From positions 96,001-160,000 of IMG/VR virus record IMGVR_UViG_3300021256_000057: a stretch of 64,000 bases of DNA; one strand, 5' to 3'. Position 1 is the stretch's first letter. Each line of letters opens with the position of its first letter. The DNA comes from a virus (lineage: Duplodnaviria; Caudoviricetes). This document shows positions 38,609 through 47,701 of this stretch, in pieces. The position numbers and the translations under genes are program-made. The notes beneath the pieces are model-generated. The model saw only the letters and a program-made list of their open reading frames with translations, was not told where the DNA came from and did not search any database.

Positions 38609-40570
38609 TTACCCTACTTCGCGCTCCCCGACGATCAAACGCTGCTCGCGGTCATAGACTTCATCGAACTCCTCCATGATCGGATCATACTGGATGTCGG
38701 ATAAACGATCAGCCGTCTGCACTCCGACCCTTCCGTCATCATTGCGAAACAGAGAGATGAAACGGATATCCATTGGATGCTCATCAGCCTCATGATCCTG
38801 ATAGACTGCCGCCATATTGAATGCCTGCTGCACAAAATAGCTATGTGTCGTCACAAACACCTGTACACCGATCCTGGAGAGGTTGATCAATGCCTTGGCG
38901 ACCGGGTAGATCATCTTGGGATTCATATTAGCCTCCAGCTCATCCCAAAACAGGATCGAGTTGTTCGCCAGTCCACCGGACATTACGAGATACATCAGTG
39001 TAGCCAGCTTACGGTATCCCTCAGAGACAAGGCTCATCTCAAAATTGCCCTCGCCATGGATCTTCAGGAAAAACTGATCGTTATCTTGTGAGATGTTTCC
39101 CTTGATGATGTCAGAAAATAGCGTAAGGACCGAGTTTTGCTCCTCGCTATCACGTCCCTTCTGTAATGGCCATAATAGCAGCTTTGCAAGATCATAATAC
39201 GTTTCATCGAATCCGATCTCGTACCGCTCATACAGCGAACAAAAAGCACCAGCAGTGGAAATGATCTCCTTGGGCGGGATATAGACCGGGGTAAACTCCG
39301 TTTCCACTCCGTGATCCAACTGGTAGTCTAGATGGTTGATCTGCTTATTCGAGAACGAAAGCCTCACATCGGCATCATTGTCAAATACAGTATGGATACT
39401 GGCTCTTGTTGCTCCTGTGCGCGTCACAAGTCGATGAAGGGCATGATTGCTAGGCTTAAAAACATTTATCAGCTTTTTAACAAACGCACCTTCAACCGCC
39501 GCCTTGGTTTGATCAGCGTGCAGTTCACGTCCGAGTTTTGACAACACAGCAGCCTGCGTATACAGCAGCTTCATCAACGCTGTTTTACCTGTGCTATTCT
39601 CCCCAAATATGACGTTCACATCTTTAGAGAGATCAATATTCAATTCCTGAAACAGCATAAAGTTCTGGATATCCACATTCTTGATCTTCATCGATATGGG
39701 CATGTCATGTGTATGTGCAGGAGTCTGCTCAGTCTTGCCGTAGCCGTTCAGCCCCCTGCCCTTGATGATGGCCGGGAAATCCTTATTGCAGATATCCAGA
39801 TCCACATTGCCGTTGATGCCTGCAACCTTGCCATTCTTAGAATGGTGCCAAAGGCCGTAAGCACCGCTGTAATTTGTCTCATCGACCCAGTTCGCCAGCC
39901 AGATGGTGTAGCGGCTCTTGATGTCATCGGAGGTGTGTGTGGTCAGCGAAGAAGCCGAGCCGTGCAGACCGACAAAATAGCCTTCCGCTTCCACCCTTTC
40001 AAGGAACGCCCGCATGATCGCCGACACCTTCTCCTTGCCGAGAGCAAACTGCTTTTGTTCCTCCACAGCATAGTACACAGGGAACTCGAACTGTTTTCCC
40101 TTGATGACAGACAGGAAAACATCCGCCTCCAATCGTGCCTCGTCCTCACTCATGGCGTAGGAATACCAGTATGCACCGACCAGAACGCCAGCCGCCTTTG
40201 CGCCGAAGTAGTTCTGCTCGAAACACTCGTCCTTCTGCGATGCAAGTCTGCCGTACCCTGCATGCAGGATGGCATAATCAATGCCGTCAGCCTTGACATT
40301 ACCCCAGTCAATATCGCCGTTGTGTACGCTCACAACAATACCCTTCATATCCTCGCCTCCAAAATACTTGTAAAAATCATCGGTCACGGTGTTGTTACCG
40401 TGGACTTCATCGCCATACCACTTGCCGTTCGGGCGCACATCGACATGAGTGTACTGATATGCCGCCGTGATGTTTGCGATACCCGTGAAGCCAATATCTT
40501 GTGCAACTTGCACAGTGCGGTTTTTATTTTCCCTAGGGGAAATACAATACAGCATGTGCAAGTTGCACAA
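38609..40570 (-). CDS. Chimera: truncated M15-like peptidase tail + GH25 with mutated catalytic Asps (from 40348) + AAA_21/AbiEii-type ABC ATPase (from 39691)
   Basis: THVDVR; MKGIVVSVHNG, YYAVEE, NGNVDLD; GENSTGKT, VSEGYRK, LFWDELEANMNP, VTTHS; GC content visibly higher than flanks. Confidence 0.78.
   Translation of the reverse strand: MCNLHMLYCISPRENKNRTVQVAQDIGFTGIANITAAYQYTHVDVRPNGKWYGDEVHGNNTVTDDFYKYFGGEDMKGIVVSVHNGDIDWGNVKADGIDYAILHAGYGRLASQKDECFEQNYFGAKAAGVLVGAYWYSYAMSEDEARLEADVFLSVIKGKQFEFPVYYAVEEQKQFALGKEKVSAIMRAFLERVEAEGYFVGLHGSASSLTTHTSDDIKSRYTIWLANWVDETNYSGAYGLWHHSKNGKVAGINGNVDLDICNKDFPAIIKGRGLNGYGKTEQTPAHTHDMPISMKIKNVDIQNFMLFQELNIDLSKDVNVIFGENSTGKTALMKLLYTQAAVLSKLGRELHADQTKAAVEGAFVKKLINVFKPSNHALHRLVTRTGATRASIHTVFDNDADVRLSFSNKQINHLDYQLDHGVETEFTPVYIPPKEIISTAGAFCSLYERYEIGFDETYYDLAKLLLWPLQKGRDSEEQNSVLTLFSDIIKGNISQDNDQFFLKIHGEGNFEMSLVSEGYRKLATLMYLVMSGGLANNSILFWDELEANMNPKMIYPVAKALINLSRIGVQVFVTTHSYFVQQAFNMAAVYQDHEADEHPMDIRFISLFRNDDGRVGVQTADRLSDIQYDPIMEEFDEVYDREQRLIVGEREVG
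40499..40570. repeat. Palindromic site A: 16-bp terminal IR around a TATTTTCCCTAGGGGAAATA core
   Basis: TTGTGCAACTTGCACA (40499-514) / TGTGCAAGTTGCACAA (40555-570); CCCTAGGG at 40531-38. Confidence 0.8.
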
Positions 40571-40573
40571 ATA

Positions 40574-41269
40574 TCACACAAATGGAAATGAGATTTGGGA
40601 GCTGTCCGCATCCCACCCATACATGATATCACCGCCGATGAAGTTCCGTCTTGTCTGTCTACATGCATCGAACACTGAGTATCCACCGCTTGCTGGGTCG
40701 CAAACATAGTCTCCTTCATTGGTAACAGCAAGGATAAGTTGCTTTTGCAGCTCTATGGGCTTAGAATGAGGATGTACTTTTATTACCTTTTCATCCCATA
40801 CATCGGGGATGTTATGAAGAGTCCATGTAGACTTCGCCAAGATGGGCTTCTTCTGGATAACAATTAGATATTCGCACTTGCGCCGTGTCCGATAGCCCAT
40901 GCCAATCTTTTGCTTATTCCATGTAATGAGGTCAACACATTGCATATCGGGCAGCTTCTTGAACCACTCTTGTACGCCCTCTACCAGATGGAACTTGTCC
41001 ACCCAGAGGAACAGATATCCGCTCGGCGCAAGGATTCGATTGATACCATGAAGAAACTCGATGATCGTATCATTATCCATCTGCTCTAAGTCACAGCGAG
41101 CTTTACCCCTCTGTTCTCCCTCATTACCATAGGATAGTTTATCAAGAACACCGCGGTACTGAGGATCAAAGAATACTGCCTTGATGCAGGAATCCTCGAT
41201 CTCTCCGAGCAGCTCTCGGCCATCACATTTATTCTGGTGGTTCACTTTGAATTTGTCAGATCTAAGCAT
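40574..41269 (-). CDS. DNA methyltransferase, N4/N6 beta class
   Basis: FFDPQY (motif IV variant), ITWNK, HPHSKP, VCDPASGG. Confidence 0.82.
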   Translation of the reverse strand: MLRSDKFKVNHQNKCDGRELLGEIEDSCIKAVFFDPQYRGVLDKLSYGNEGEQRGKARCDLEQMDNDTIIEFLHGINRILAPSGYLFLWVDKFHLVEGVQEWFKKLPDMQCVDLITWNKQKIGMGYRTRRKCEYLIVIQKKPILAKSTWTLHNIPDVWDEKVIKVHPHSKPIELQKQLILAVTNEGDYVCDPASGGYSVFDACRQTRRNFIGGDIMYGWDADSSQISFPFV

Positions 41270-41361
41270 AAATAAAAACAGCTCCCTTACTCCAAAATAC
41301 TATCACTTATTATAACGAGTGGTAGTATCATGAAATAAGGGAGCTGTCCGATGTGTATGTA

Positions 41362-41844
41362 TCACATATCTGTCTCGTAGTAAAACTGGTCAAGAGCAGG
41401 GTTTCCAGTCAGCTTCATGATCCCATAATGATGCAACGGCACAAAATCATATCTGTTTCCAGATAGATTAAAGTATTTGATGCAGTTCTCACGGAACTTT
41501 GCATTTTGGCAAAGCGCTTCGCTACAAATGATCTCATAGCTCTGAGTGCGGATATTGTAGATAACACGGCCACGCTCTATAGACTTGTATCCATTATTGA
41601 TGATATTCTGCCGCTCAGAAGGAGATTCAATATACTTAGCTACGGCTGATCTCCATAGGTTAAGATGGTTCTTCTCATTGGAGTATTGTAGATAACCGTT
41701 GGATTCTACGGCATTATCAAGATCTGTTGAGTAGTCCCAGAACTCACCGTGATCTGTATACCACCAGATAGATACAAGCCCCGTTTTGTATCCGCTTGTA
41801 ATTGGGGTCTTTTTAACTCTTGTTCTGATAAGGATCTTAGCCAT
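41362..41844 (-). CDS. Hypothetical protein with basic leader
   Basis: RBS AGGAG; TTGACT-17-TATAAT upstream (~41913-41941). Confidence 0.65.
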   Translation of the reverse strand: MAKILIRTRVKKTPITSGYKTGLVSIWWYTDHGEFWDYSTDLDNAVESNGYLQYSNEKNHLNLWRSAVAKYIESPSERQNIINNGYKSIERGRVIYNIRTQSYEIICSEALCQNAKFRENCIKYFNLSGNRYDFVPLHHYGIMKLTGNPALDQFYYETDM

Positions 41845-41995
41845 GTTCTCATCTCCTATCGATTCAATGCTTTGTTTTACAACATCAATTCGGAGCTGTA
41901 CTCCCTACTATTATTATACCATATCTACGAGATGAAGTCAATAATTATTATAGATATAGCGGTCATACTTTTGCATATGACCGCTATTTGATGTG

Positions 41996-42241
41996 TTATT
42001 CGTCGTTCCGCTCGTCCCACTTACGGAAGTCCCACATACGAAACAGATACGCAAGGGAGCTGGCCAATTCAGATGTGCTTAGAGTTTCAACGATTTCATG
42101 ATCGACATCCTCCTGCCCATATGTGTCACAGGCCAGCTCGTAGGATTCATCGACTTCATTATTCTCTACTACCCATCCATAGCTCTCAGCGGCAGTAATA
42201 CGGCGAGCTGGCTCCTTATATTTTGTACATGATCTGTGCAT
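41996..42241 (-). CDS. Small acidic protein, possibly 5'-truncated by palindromic site B
   Basis: RRITAAESYGWVVE...; its ATG lies inside the palindrome arm and no RBS is visible. Confidence 0.5.
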   Translation of the reverse strand: MHRSCTKYKEPARRITAAESYGWVVENNEVDESYELACDTYGQEDVDHEIVETLSTSELASSLAYLFRMWDFRKWDERNDE

Positions 42242-42308
42242 CTTATATAATCGTGTTTGTATTTACCCTAGGGAAAATATTATACGATTTGACGTTATGC
42301 ACAGATCA
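42230..42308. repeat. Palindromic site B: 12-bp terminal IR around a TATTTACCCTAGGGAAAATA core
   Basis: TGATCTGTGCAT (42230-41) / ATGCACAGATCA (42297-308); CCCTAGGG at 42266-73. Confidence 0.8.
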
Positions 42309-43406
42309 ATCATTGAAACCATCATCGTAGAGTTCATCGTTGCTGTTCCAAACGACATCACCATCGTCATCATAATAGTCCTCGATGTCTCCATAATAGT
42401 TTACTCTGTAATGTACAATCACTACTGTGATCTCATCATCAGCATACTGAGGGTTCGCAGCGTACTGCTTGGCAGTTTCGATAGCATCATCCAAATCCTC
42501 AATGGCATTTCCCTGATAGTCTCCATTGATGCAGATTTCATAATACATTTCAACTGTTTCACCATGAGCCCATCTATTGAGCCAGTCTACAAGTTCCTTA
42601 TCAGGAATCTCCACCTTGAGGAGCACAGTAGAATGATAAGTATATGCAGTAACATCGAACTTACCATCGAATGTGATAGTTACCCATCCACCACCGATAT
42701 GGATAGTGTCCTCGATGCCGTCAATGTCATCGATGACTTCCTTTAGGCTCAGACCAATCATATCTTCGCCCTCTTCATAGGTATCAGGACGAACCTCATA
42801 TACTTGGATATTTACAGGGATATCACCAAGTTCTGGATCTCCGCCATCATAGTAAGTACCGATGGACTTGATATCGATAGTACCCTTGCACCATCCGTTC
42901 TCTGGTTCTAGGAAGTTATGAGCTCCATTGTATTCCTGATAGAAACCACCGTTGGGTACTTCTGTAAACTGGATATCATTGAGCTTTAATGTAATAGCAG
43001 AACCTGGGCCTGCCATGATTGCCTTCTTAGTTGAACGCTTATTAGTATTAGCATTTACATATTTACCGGATGAACGCTTGCTTGAATTAACACCTACATA
43101 CAGGCTTGCAGCCTTTTTCTTCAGCATATCAGCAATCTGCTTATTCGGACGGCGATCAAAAGAGCTATTAACTCCAAGATACTGAATAACATTATCCGGG
43201 GTTATATCTGACTTATGCATTCCGAACGGAAGATCCAATATAATAAATCCACGGTTATTATAGCCAAGTCCATTATCGGATGAGTCCCACCATGTAGCTA
43301 CTGCATTACCATAATCACCTTGCTCCATCTGAATATAATAGGTAACACCGTTACGCTTAAACGATGCATCATACGTCCCATCTGCCCAATTTGAATAGAT
43401 CTTCAT
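42306..43406 (-). CDS. Acidic multi-segment protein with MKIYS start and basic linkers (candidate internal virion polyprotein)
   Basis: GVNSS twice, YVNAN, AIMAG within a basic linker; acidic domains on either side. Confidence 0.6.
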   Translation of the reverse strand: MKIYSNWADGTYDASFKRNGVTYYIQMEQGDYGNAVATWWDSSDNGLGYNNRGFIILDLPFGMHKSDITPDNVIQYLGVNSSFDRRPNKQIADMLKKKAASLYVGVNSSKRSSGKYVNANTNKRSTKKAIMAGPGSAITLKLNDIQFTEVPNGGFYQEYNGAHNFLEPENGWCKGTIDIKSIGTYYDGGDPELGDIPVNIQVYEVRPDTYEEGEDMIGLSLKEVIDDIDGIEDTIHIGGGWVTITFDGKFDVTAYTYHSTVLLKVEIPDKELVDWLNRWAHGETVEMYYEICINGDYQGNAIEDLDDAIETAKQYAANPQYADDEITVVIVHYRVNYYGDIEDYYDDDGDVVWNSNDELYDDGFND

Positions 43407-43427
43407 AATACATTCCTCATTTCTTCA

Positions 43428-43745
43428 TCAATAGCCAATAGTATCCATGATGTCATAATAGATCCACTCTGCTCTTCTGATCAGCCACGAGCGGTTCTTT
43501 TTATCAAGATTATTAAAATCGTCCCCAAAAAACATAATATGGTCGGCATCAAGATAATCCCAGTGTAGATAAACATTGCCGTCATCATCCGGATCATCAA
43601 AGTAAATCTCACGCAGGTTAGGATTATCAAGCAGAAAATCAATGATCTTATCGACTGCGACTTCCTCACTGTCATTTACGTTGAAATAGCCATTAGAGCC
43701 ATATGCGCTTACTGCTACATAACGGTTATTAGAATATATCTTCAA
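43428..43745 (-). CDS. Acidic protein with MKIYS leader (TTG start 43745)
   Basis: RBS AAAGGGTG before TTG AAG ATA TAT; LKIYSNNRYVAVSAY. Confidence 0.6.
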   Translation of the reverse strand: MKIYSNNRYVAVSAYGSNGYFNVNDSEEVAVDKIIDFLLDNPNLREIYFDDPDDDGNVYLHWDYLDADHIMFFGDDFNNLDKKNRSWLIRRAEWIYYDIMDTIGY

Positions 43746-43809
43746 AATCGTACACCCTTTTATTGATTCTGTCTCCGAGCTTCTGTGATTGCTTCTTTCC
43801 ACCATTATA

Positions 43810-44136
43810 TTATATAACGAACACACCGTATCCTTTTTCAAGATACTCCGCACTTTCATCCTTGTACTCTTCACCGATAGCTCTGAATAGCCTTGCGGCA
43901 TCTTCATTATCTGGTGCTACTACGATAGTATCGAATTTATCGGACAATAGTTTCATTGTAGCTGTGCCGTATCCGTAGTTTCTGTATTGAGGCATAATAT
44001 CTATCCTCTCACAGAACGCTACATCATCTACAGCTATTGTACAATCACCTATTGTAATACCGTCTGTTTTTATAGAGTACAGGATGTAAATGTACGGAGT
44101 ATCATAGGAGGTGTTTTCTTCTACCAGCTCAACCAT
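43810..44136 (-). CDS. GNAT-family acetyltransferase-like protein
   Basis: ERIDIMPQYRNYGYGTATMK (acetyl-CoA motif A), AARLFRAIG. Confidence 0.7.
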   Translation of the reverse strand: MVELVEENTSYDTPYIYILYSIKTDGITIGDCTIAVDDVAFCERIDIMPQYRNYGYGTATMKLLSDKFDTIVVAPDNEDAARLFRAIGEEYKDESAEYLEKGYGVFVI

Positions 44137-44137
44137 A

Positions 44138-44725
44138 TCAGCGGAAGTCAGATGGCTTCATGTAAATGGCCTGGGAGATAATAAATGGTACTTGTACCTT
44201 TACTACATCTCCGCCTGTCTGATTCATGCTGCCGTTGTCAAGAGCCCCGATCCATGTACCGGGGCAGCGGATGACGTCTCTTACATTCCACTGGCCGTCA
44301 TACTTGATAAAGTATACCTGCTTCATGTACTGAGACGGAAGTCCCATCTTCTGGGTCTCTGGGTCGTATACGAGCTTTCTCCATGCCCGTAGGTTCTCTA
44401 GGACGTTAGGTTCGCAGTAGCAGTTGAGTGTCCACGTTACATCACCATACGATACCTTGGATGGGAACTTGATAAGTCCGTTTCCATAGTGTACGGTAAT
44501 ACTATCCTGCTGTTCCTGAATTGAACCTACTTCATCGGTCGATAGTGTCAGGAGTTCGTTGAACTCGGTCGGGAGAGATCCGTCCATGTTGTAGACGCGA
44601 ACTTCAAAGTTATTTGTGGTCAGAGGTACGAAATTATCGATGCCAAGCATATGATTCGTCCCCATCTGCAGTGGAGTAAACATCCGATCATTTCCTTTCA
44701 ATAAGATTTTTATTTTTGAGTGCAT
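44138..44725 (-). CDS. Tail tube protein (T4 gp19-like); start probably 44682
   Basis: NNFEV...VHYGN..IKFP...VTWT...LRAWRKLVYDPETQKMGLP..Y...G.W; AACCTTATA upstream. Confidence 0.8.
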   Translation of the reverse strand: MHSKIKILLKGNDRMFTPLQMGTNHMLGIDNFVPLTTNNFEVRVYNMDGSLPTEFNELLTLSTDEVGSIQEQQDSITVHYGNGLIKFPSKVSYGDVTWTLNCYCEPNVLENLRAWRKLVYDPETQKMGLPSQYMKQVYFIKYDGQWNVRDVIRCPGTWIGALDNGSMNQTGGDVVKVQVPFIISQAIYMKPSDFR

Positions 44726-44845
44726 GAGGGAATGTTTATGGTTTTTCTCCCTCTACTTATATATAAGGTTTTTTGTTTTTCAATTTTTTTTGATGTAATA
44801 AAAAAAACAGCTCCTACCGTTAGGGTAGAAGCTGCTATGCTATAT

Positions 44846-46507
44846 TTACTTTATCCAGACGTAAACTCCTTGACCACAATCATATACTGGTAGCCATCCA
44901 TGGGAGAGCATCAGTTCTTCATTATCTACTCCTTTGCCATAGTCTGTATTAAACAGTTGATCAAATCCTCGTCTCAGCAAGAGGTTGTTTGTTATCTTTT
45001 CCGACCCATGAGACCAGACTTTTGTTGGTGCTGTGTCATGATGATGTGTGAAGCCTAGTTTTGTGTACACATCTCCTGAGAATTTTGCTTTGTCACAGTA
45101 TGAGATGATCGATATAGGGTCGTGGTCTTTGAGGAAGTGCTTGAATAGTCGTTCTGCTCCACCTACTACATAGTATCCTGTCTTGGTACAAAGGCGCAAT
45201 AGCTCCCATTGGTAGTTTTTGTTGTATCGTGGTAGACCGAAGGTCATGATCTGCATTAGCCCATCCTGGTAGTACAGGCCATAGCAAACTGTTTGACCGC
45301 GGCAGTAACCTTGTAGATGGTAGTTAGATTCAAACTCTTTGATAACTGAGGCGTCTGAGATCTCTTTTACGCTGCAAGCTCTTGCCTGTATCCTTTGCTT
45401 GTCTAATAGGAGATTTACAATGTCAAACTGATTGTCCCAGTCGAAGATGTGGATGCATCTGTAACCAGCATCGGTCGCTACATTTGTTTTGTCTAAATGG
45501 TACTTAGGTGAGATGCCTTTGTGATTCCAATGATTTCCGATAGTATTGTGTGTATAAGTTGGATCGATCTCGATAACAACATTCTTGCTTGGGATGAGCA
45601 CGTCATATCTCTTTGTGCCGATAACATGCTCGAACTCGCAATGGATTCCATATGCCTCAAGTATCCTTGCGAATTTCCTGTTTGCTGTAGAGACAACAAA
45701 ATGTCCGTTGTTCATCAGGTATTCATCTGTCAGAACAAAGTACGGAACACCATATCGAGCTAGGGTAGTCTGCTTCATCTTCTCTGCGAACTCTGGTACA
45801 TGAACAGCCCGTTTTACTCCGTATCTTCTGATCGTGGTATCCCGAGACTTCAAAGCAAACTTCTTCTTGTACTCAGTACCGTATCTAGCGACTTTAGTAG
45901 CAACTCCCTTCTCTGCAATCTCTCTAAGCTGCATCGGGTTTGGAACTCCGTACTTAGCAATATTTGTGGCGCGGATACGTTCAACTATCTCAGGCACTCT
46001 TGATGCATTATCCACACCGTACTTTTCTTGCATGGTTGCTTTAACTTTGTCTGCAAGAGCTGGAGATTGCAATGTATAAGATGCACCATATCTATCTTCC
46101 ATTGTCTTACGACCAGCAGAGTAAACATCTGGATTTCCAATAGCCCAGTCTGTTCCAAACTTCTGTTGATTAGTACGGATAGCTCTCTGCTTGATTGCAT
46201 CAGACTGCAATGGGGATTCTACCCCATAGGTGCAAAGCATGGATTCTTTGAAGTGCTCCTTTACTGATTCGTTTTGCATAGGATGTTCTACACCATACTT
46301 CTCAATGTTCTGCTTCTTCGTAAATGCTCTGCTGCACTCTCGTGAGCAGAAGACGTTACGATCACTAGGACGTTTGAATGGTATTGGTGTACCGCAATTC
46401 TTACAAGGTCGGTAGTGCTGTTTGTCGCAGATCTTTTGAGTTTTGCAGGAAGTTACAAATTGTTCACCACATATCTTACAAACTCTCTTGTACTCAAAGT
46501 CCATCAC
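44846..46507 (-). CDS. Putative homing endonuclease: Zn finger + KYGV repeats + PD-(D/E)xK-like nuclease + GNAT-like C-terminus
   Basis: CKICG, FCSREC, about seven KYGVEHPMQ-type repeats, RYDVL...VIEID...H, IHIFDWD, WELLRLCTK...VVGGAERLF. Confidence 0.72.
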   Translation of the reverse strand: MMDFEYKRVCKICGEQFVTSCKTQKICDKQHYRPCKNCGTPIPFKRPSDRNVFCSRECSRAFTKKQNIEKYGVEHPMQNESVKEHFKESMLCTYGVESPLQSDAIKQRAIRTNQQKFGTDWAIGNPDVYSAGRKTMEDRYGASYTLQSPALADKVKATMQEKYGVDNASRVPEIVERIRATNIAKYGVPNPMQLREIAEKGVATKVARYGTEYKKKFALKSRDTTIRRYGVKRAVHVPEFAEKMKQTTLARYGVPYFVLTDEYLMNNGHFVVSTANRKFARILEAYGIHCEFEHVIGTKRYDVLIPSKNVVIEIDPTYTHNTIGNHWNHKGISPKYHLDKTNVATDAGYRCIHIFDWDNQFDIVNLLLDKQRIQARACSVKEISDASVIKEFESNYHLQGYCRGQTVCYGLYYQDGLMQIMTFGLPRYNKNYQWELLRLCTKTGYYVVGGAERLFKHFLKDHDPISIISYCDKAKFSGDVYTKLGFTHHHDTAPTKVWSHGSEKITNNLLLRRGFDQLFNTDYGKGVDNEELMLSHGWLPVYDCGQGVYVWIK

Positions 46508-46644
46508 ATATCACCACCAGGAATAATCTGCAAATGTCCACCAGAATTTATTATTATACCACAAATGATTGTAAAAAGCAAGCAGCTTCATCAAGCGTGT
46601 TATATGGCGGCACTGAAATACCAATAGACATTTACATCCATCGG

Positions 46645-47415
46645 CTAGAGCTCCATACCTATCAACTCTTTCACCTTAGCTTTATATGCGTCTATGGCAT
46701 CAAAATCTGTATATCCATCACCGCATAAGCAATGCTTTAGCGGAAACTGTAACAAATCGTGTAGGTTCTTGATCTCTTCCTTGTATTCGCTTATTCTTTG
46801 TTCGCTTACATTAGCTTGTCTTTTGTGTTCGGCAGTAGCAAGAGCTTTCAATTTTGATGTACCACTTGCAGATGCAGAACCCTTACCAATTGTGGCATCT
46901 AGGCTACTATACTCGACAACATCCCACGGTAGAGGCCTTGTATAATACTTTTGGCACAAGGACTTAGCTTTGACCACATCGTAAACGAATGGAACTGTGT
47001 CATTTAAGAATCTTTGGACTCGTGAATCTTGTGATAACTCTGGAAGGTAGTACCTGCCAGTACCATCTGGCAAAGTAAATGTGGCAACTTGTAGTCCAGA
47101 CAATAATTCTTTAATGAATGCATGGAATGATTCTGTCCGTGCCATTGCTGGCTTGGTACGCACACCATCACCAATGTGAACGGTAATATTCGTTACTGCA
47201 TAACAAGATACTACATTGCTTATGTCTGTAATCGAAACCCCGTCACGTCCATACTTGCCAGATTCTTCGATTCCACCCCAGATGCTATGTAGCATTTTAC
47301 TTGATGGCATAGATCCATCCCATGGATATATTTTCAATGTGTCCCAATTGGAGTCATACTTCCACAAAAGTTTCTCCTTCGGGCACATGCCGTAATAAGA
47401 TTTACTCATTTTCAT
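46645..47415 (-). CDS. Hypothetical protein, N-terminal domain paralogous to 50101-50916
   Basis: YYGMCPKEKLLWK...IYPWD...FHAFIKEL...VATFTL.DGT.R...ELS...RVQRFLNDTVPFV. Confidence 0.7.
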   Translation of the reverse strand: MKMSKSYYGMCPKEKLLWKYDSNWDTLKIYPWDGSMPSSKMLHSIWGGIEESGKYGRDGVSITDISNVVSCYAVTNITVHIGDGVRTKPAMARTESFHAFIKELLSGLQVATFTLPDGTGRYYLPELSQDSRVQRFLNDTVPFVYDVVKAKSLCQKYYTRPLPWDVVEYSSLDATIGKGSASASGTSKLKALATAEHKRQANVSEQRISEYKEEIKNLHDLLQFPLKHCLCGDGYTDFDAIDAYKAKVKELIGMEL

Positions 47416-47429
47416 CGCTCCCGCAATTC

Positions 47430-47663
47430 TTAATCTCTAAGTATCTCTTCTCCGATTTCAAGATCAGATTCAAATAGCGGTGTTCTGGCACCATTTGAAG
47501 ATTGACAGATACTGGTATTTACAGGTACAAAAATGATGTTCTGTGTAAGATTTTGCCAATCCAAGGTCTGACTGTTTTTACGCAGTTGTTTCATCATTTC
47601 GCAATCTGATTTTGGCATAGAGACCGACATATTTAATGTAAATACCTTTTCAAATGTCTCCAT
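47430..47663 (-). CDS. Hypothetical protein
   Basis: 77-aa ORF in operon. Confidence 0.5.
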   Translation of the reverse strand: METFEKVFTLNMSVSMPKSDCEMMKQLRKNSQTLDWQNLTQNIIFVPVNTSICQSSNGARTPLFESDLEIGEEILRD

Positions 47664-47701
47664 TTAAAATCACATTCTTTCTATAATAGGAGAAGCGAAT
47701 T

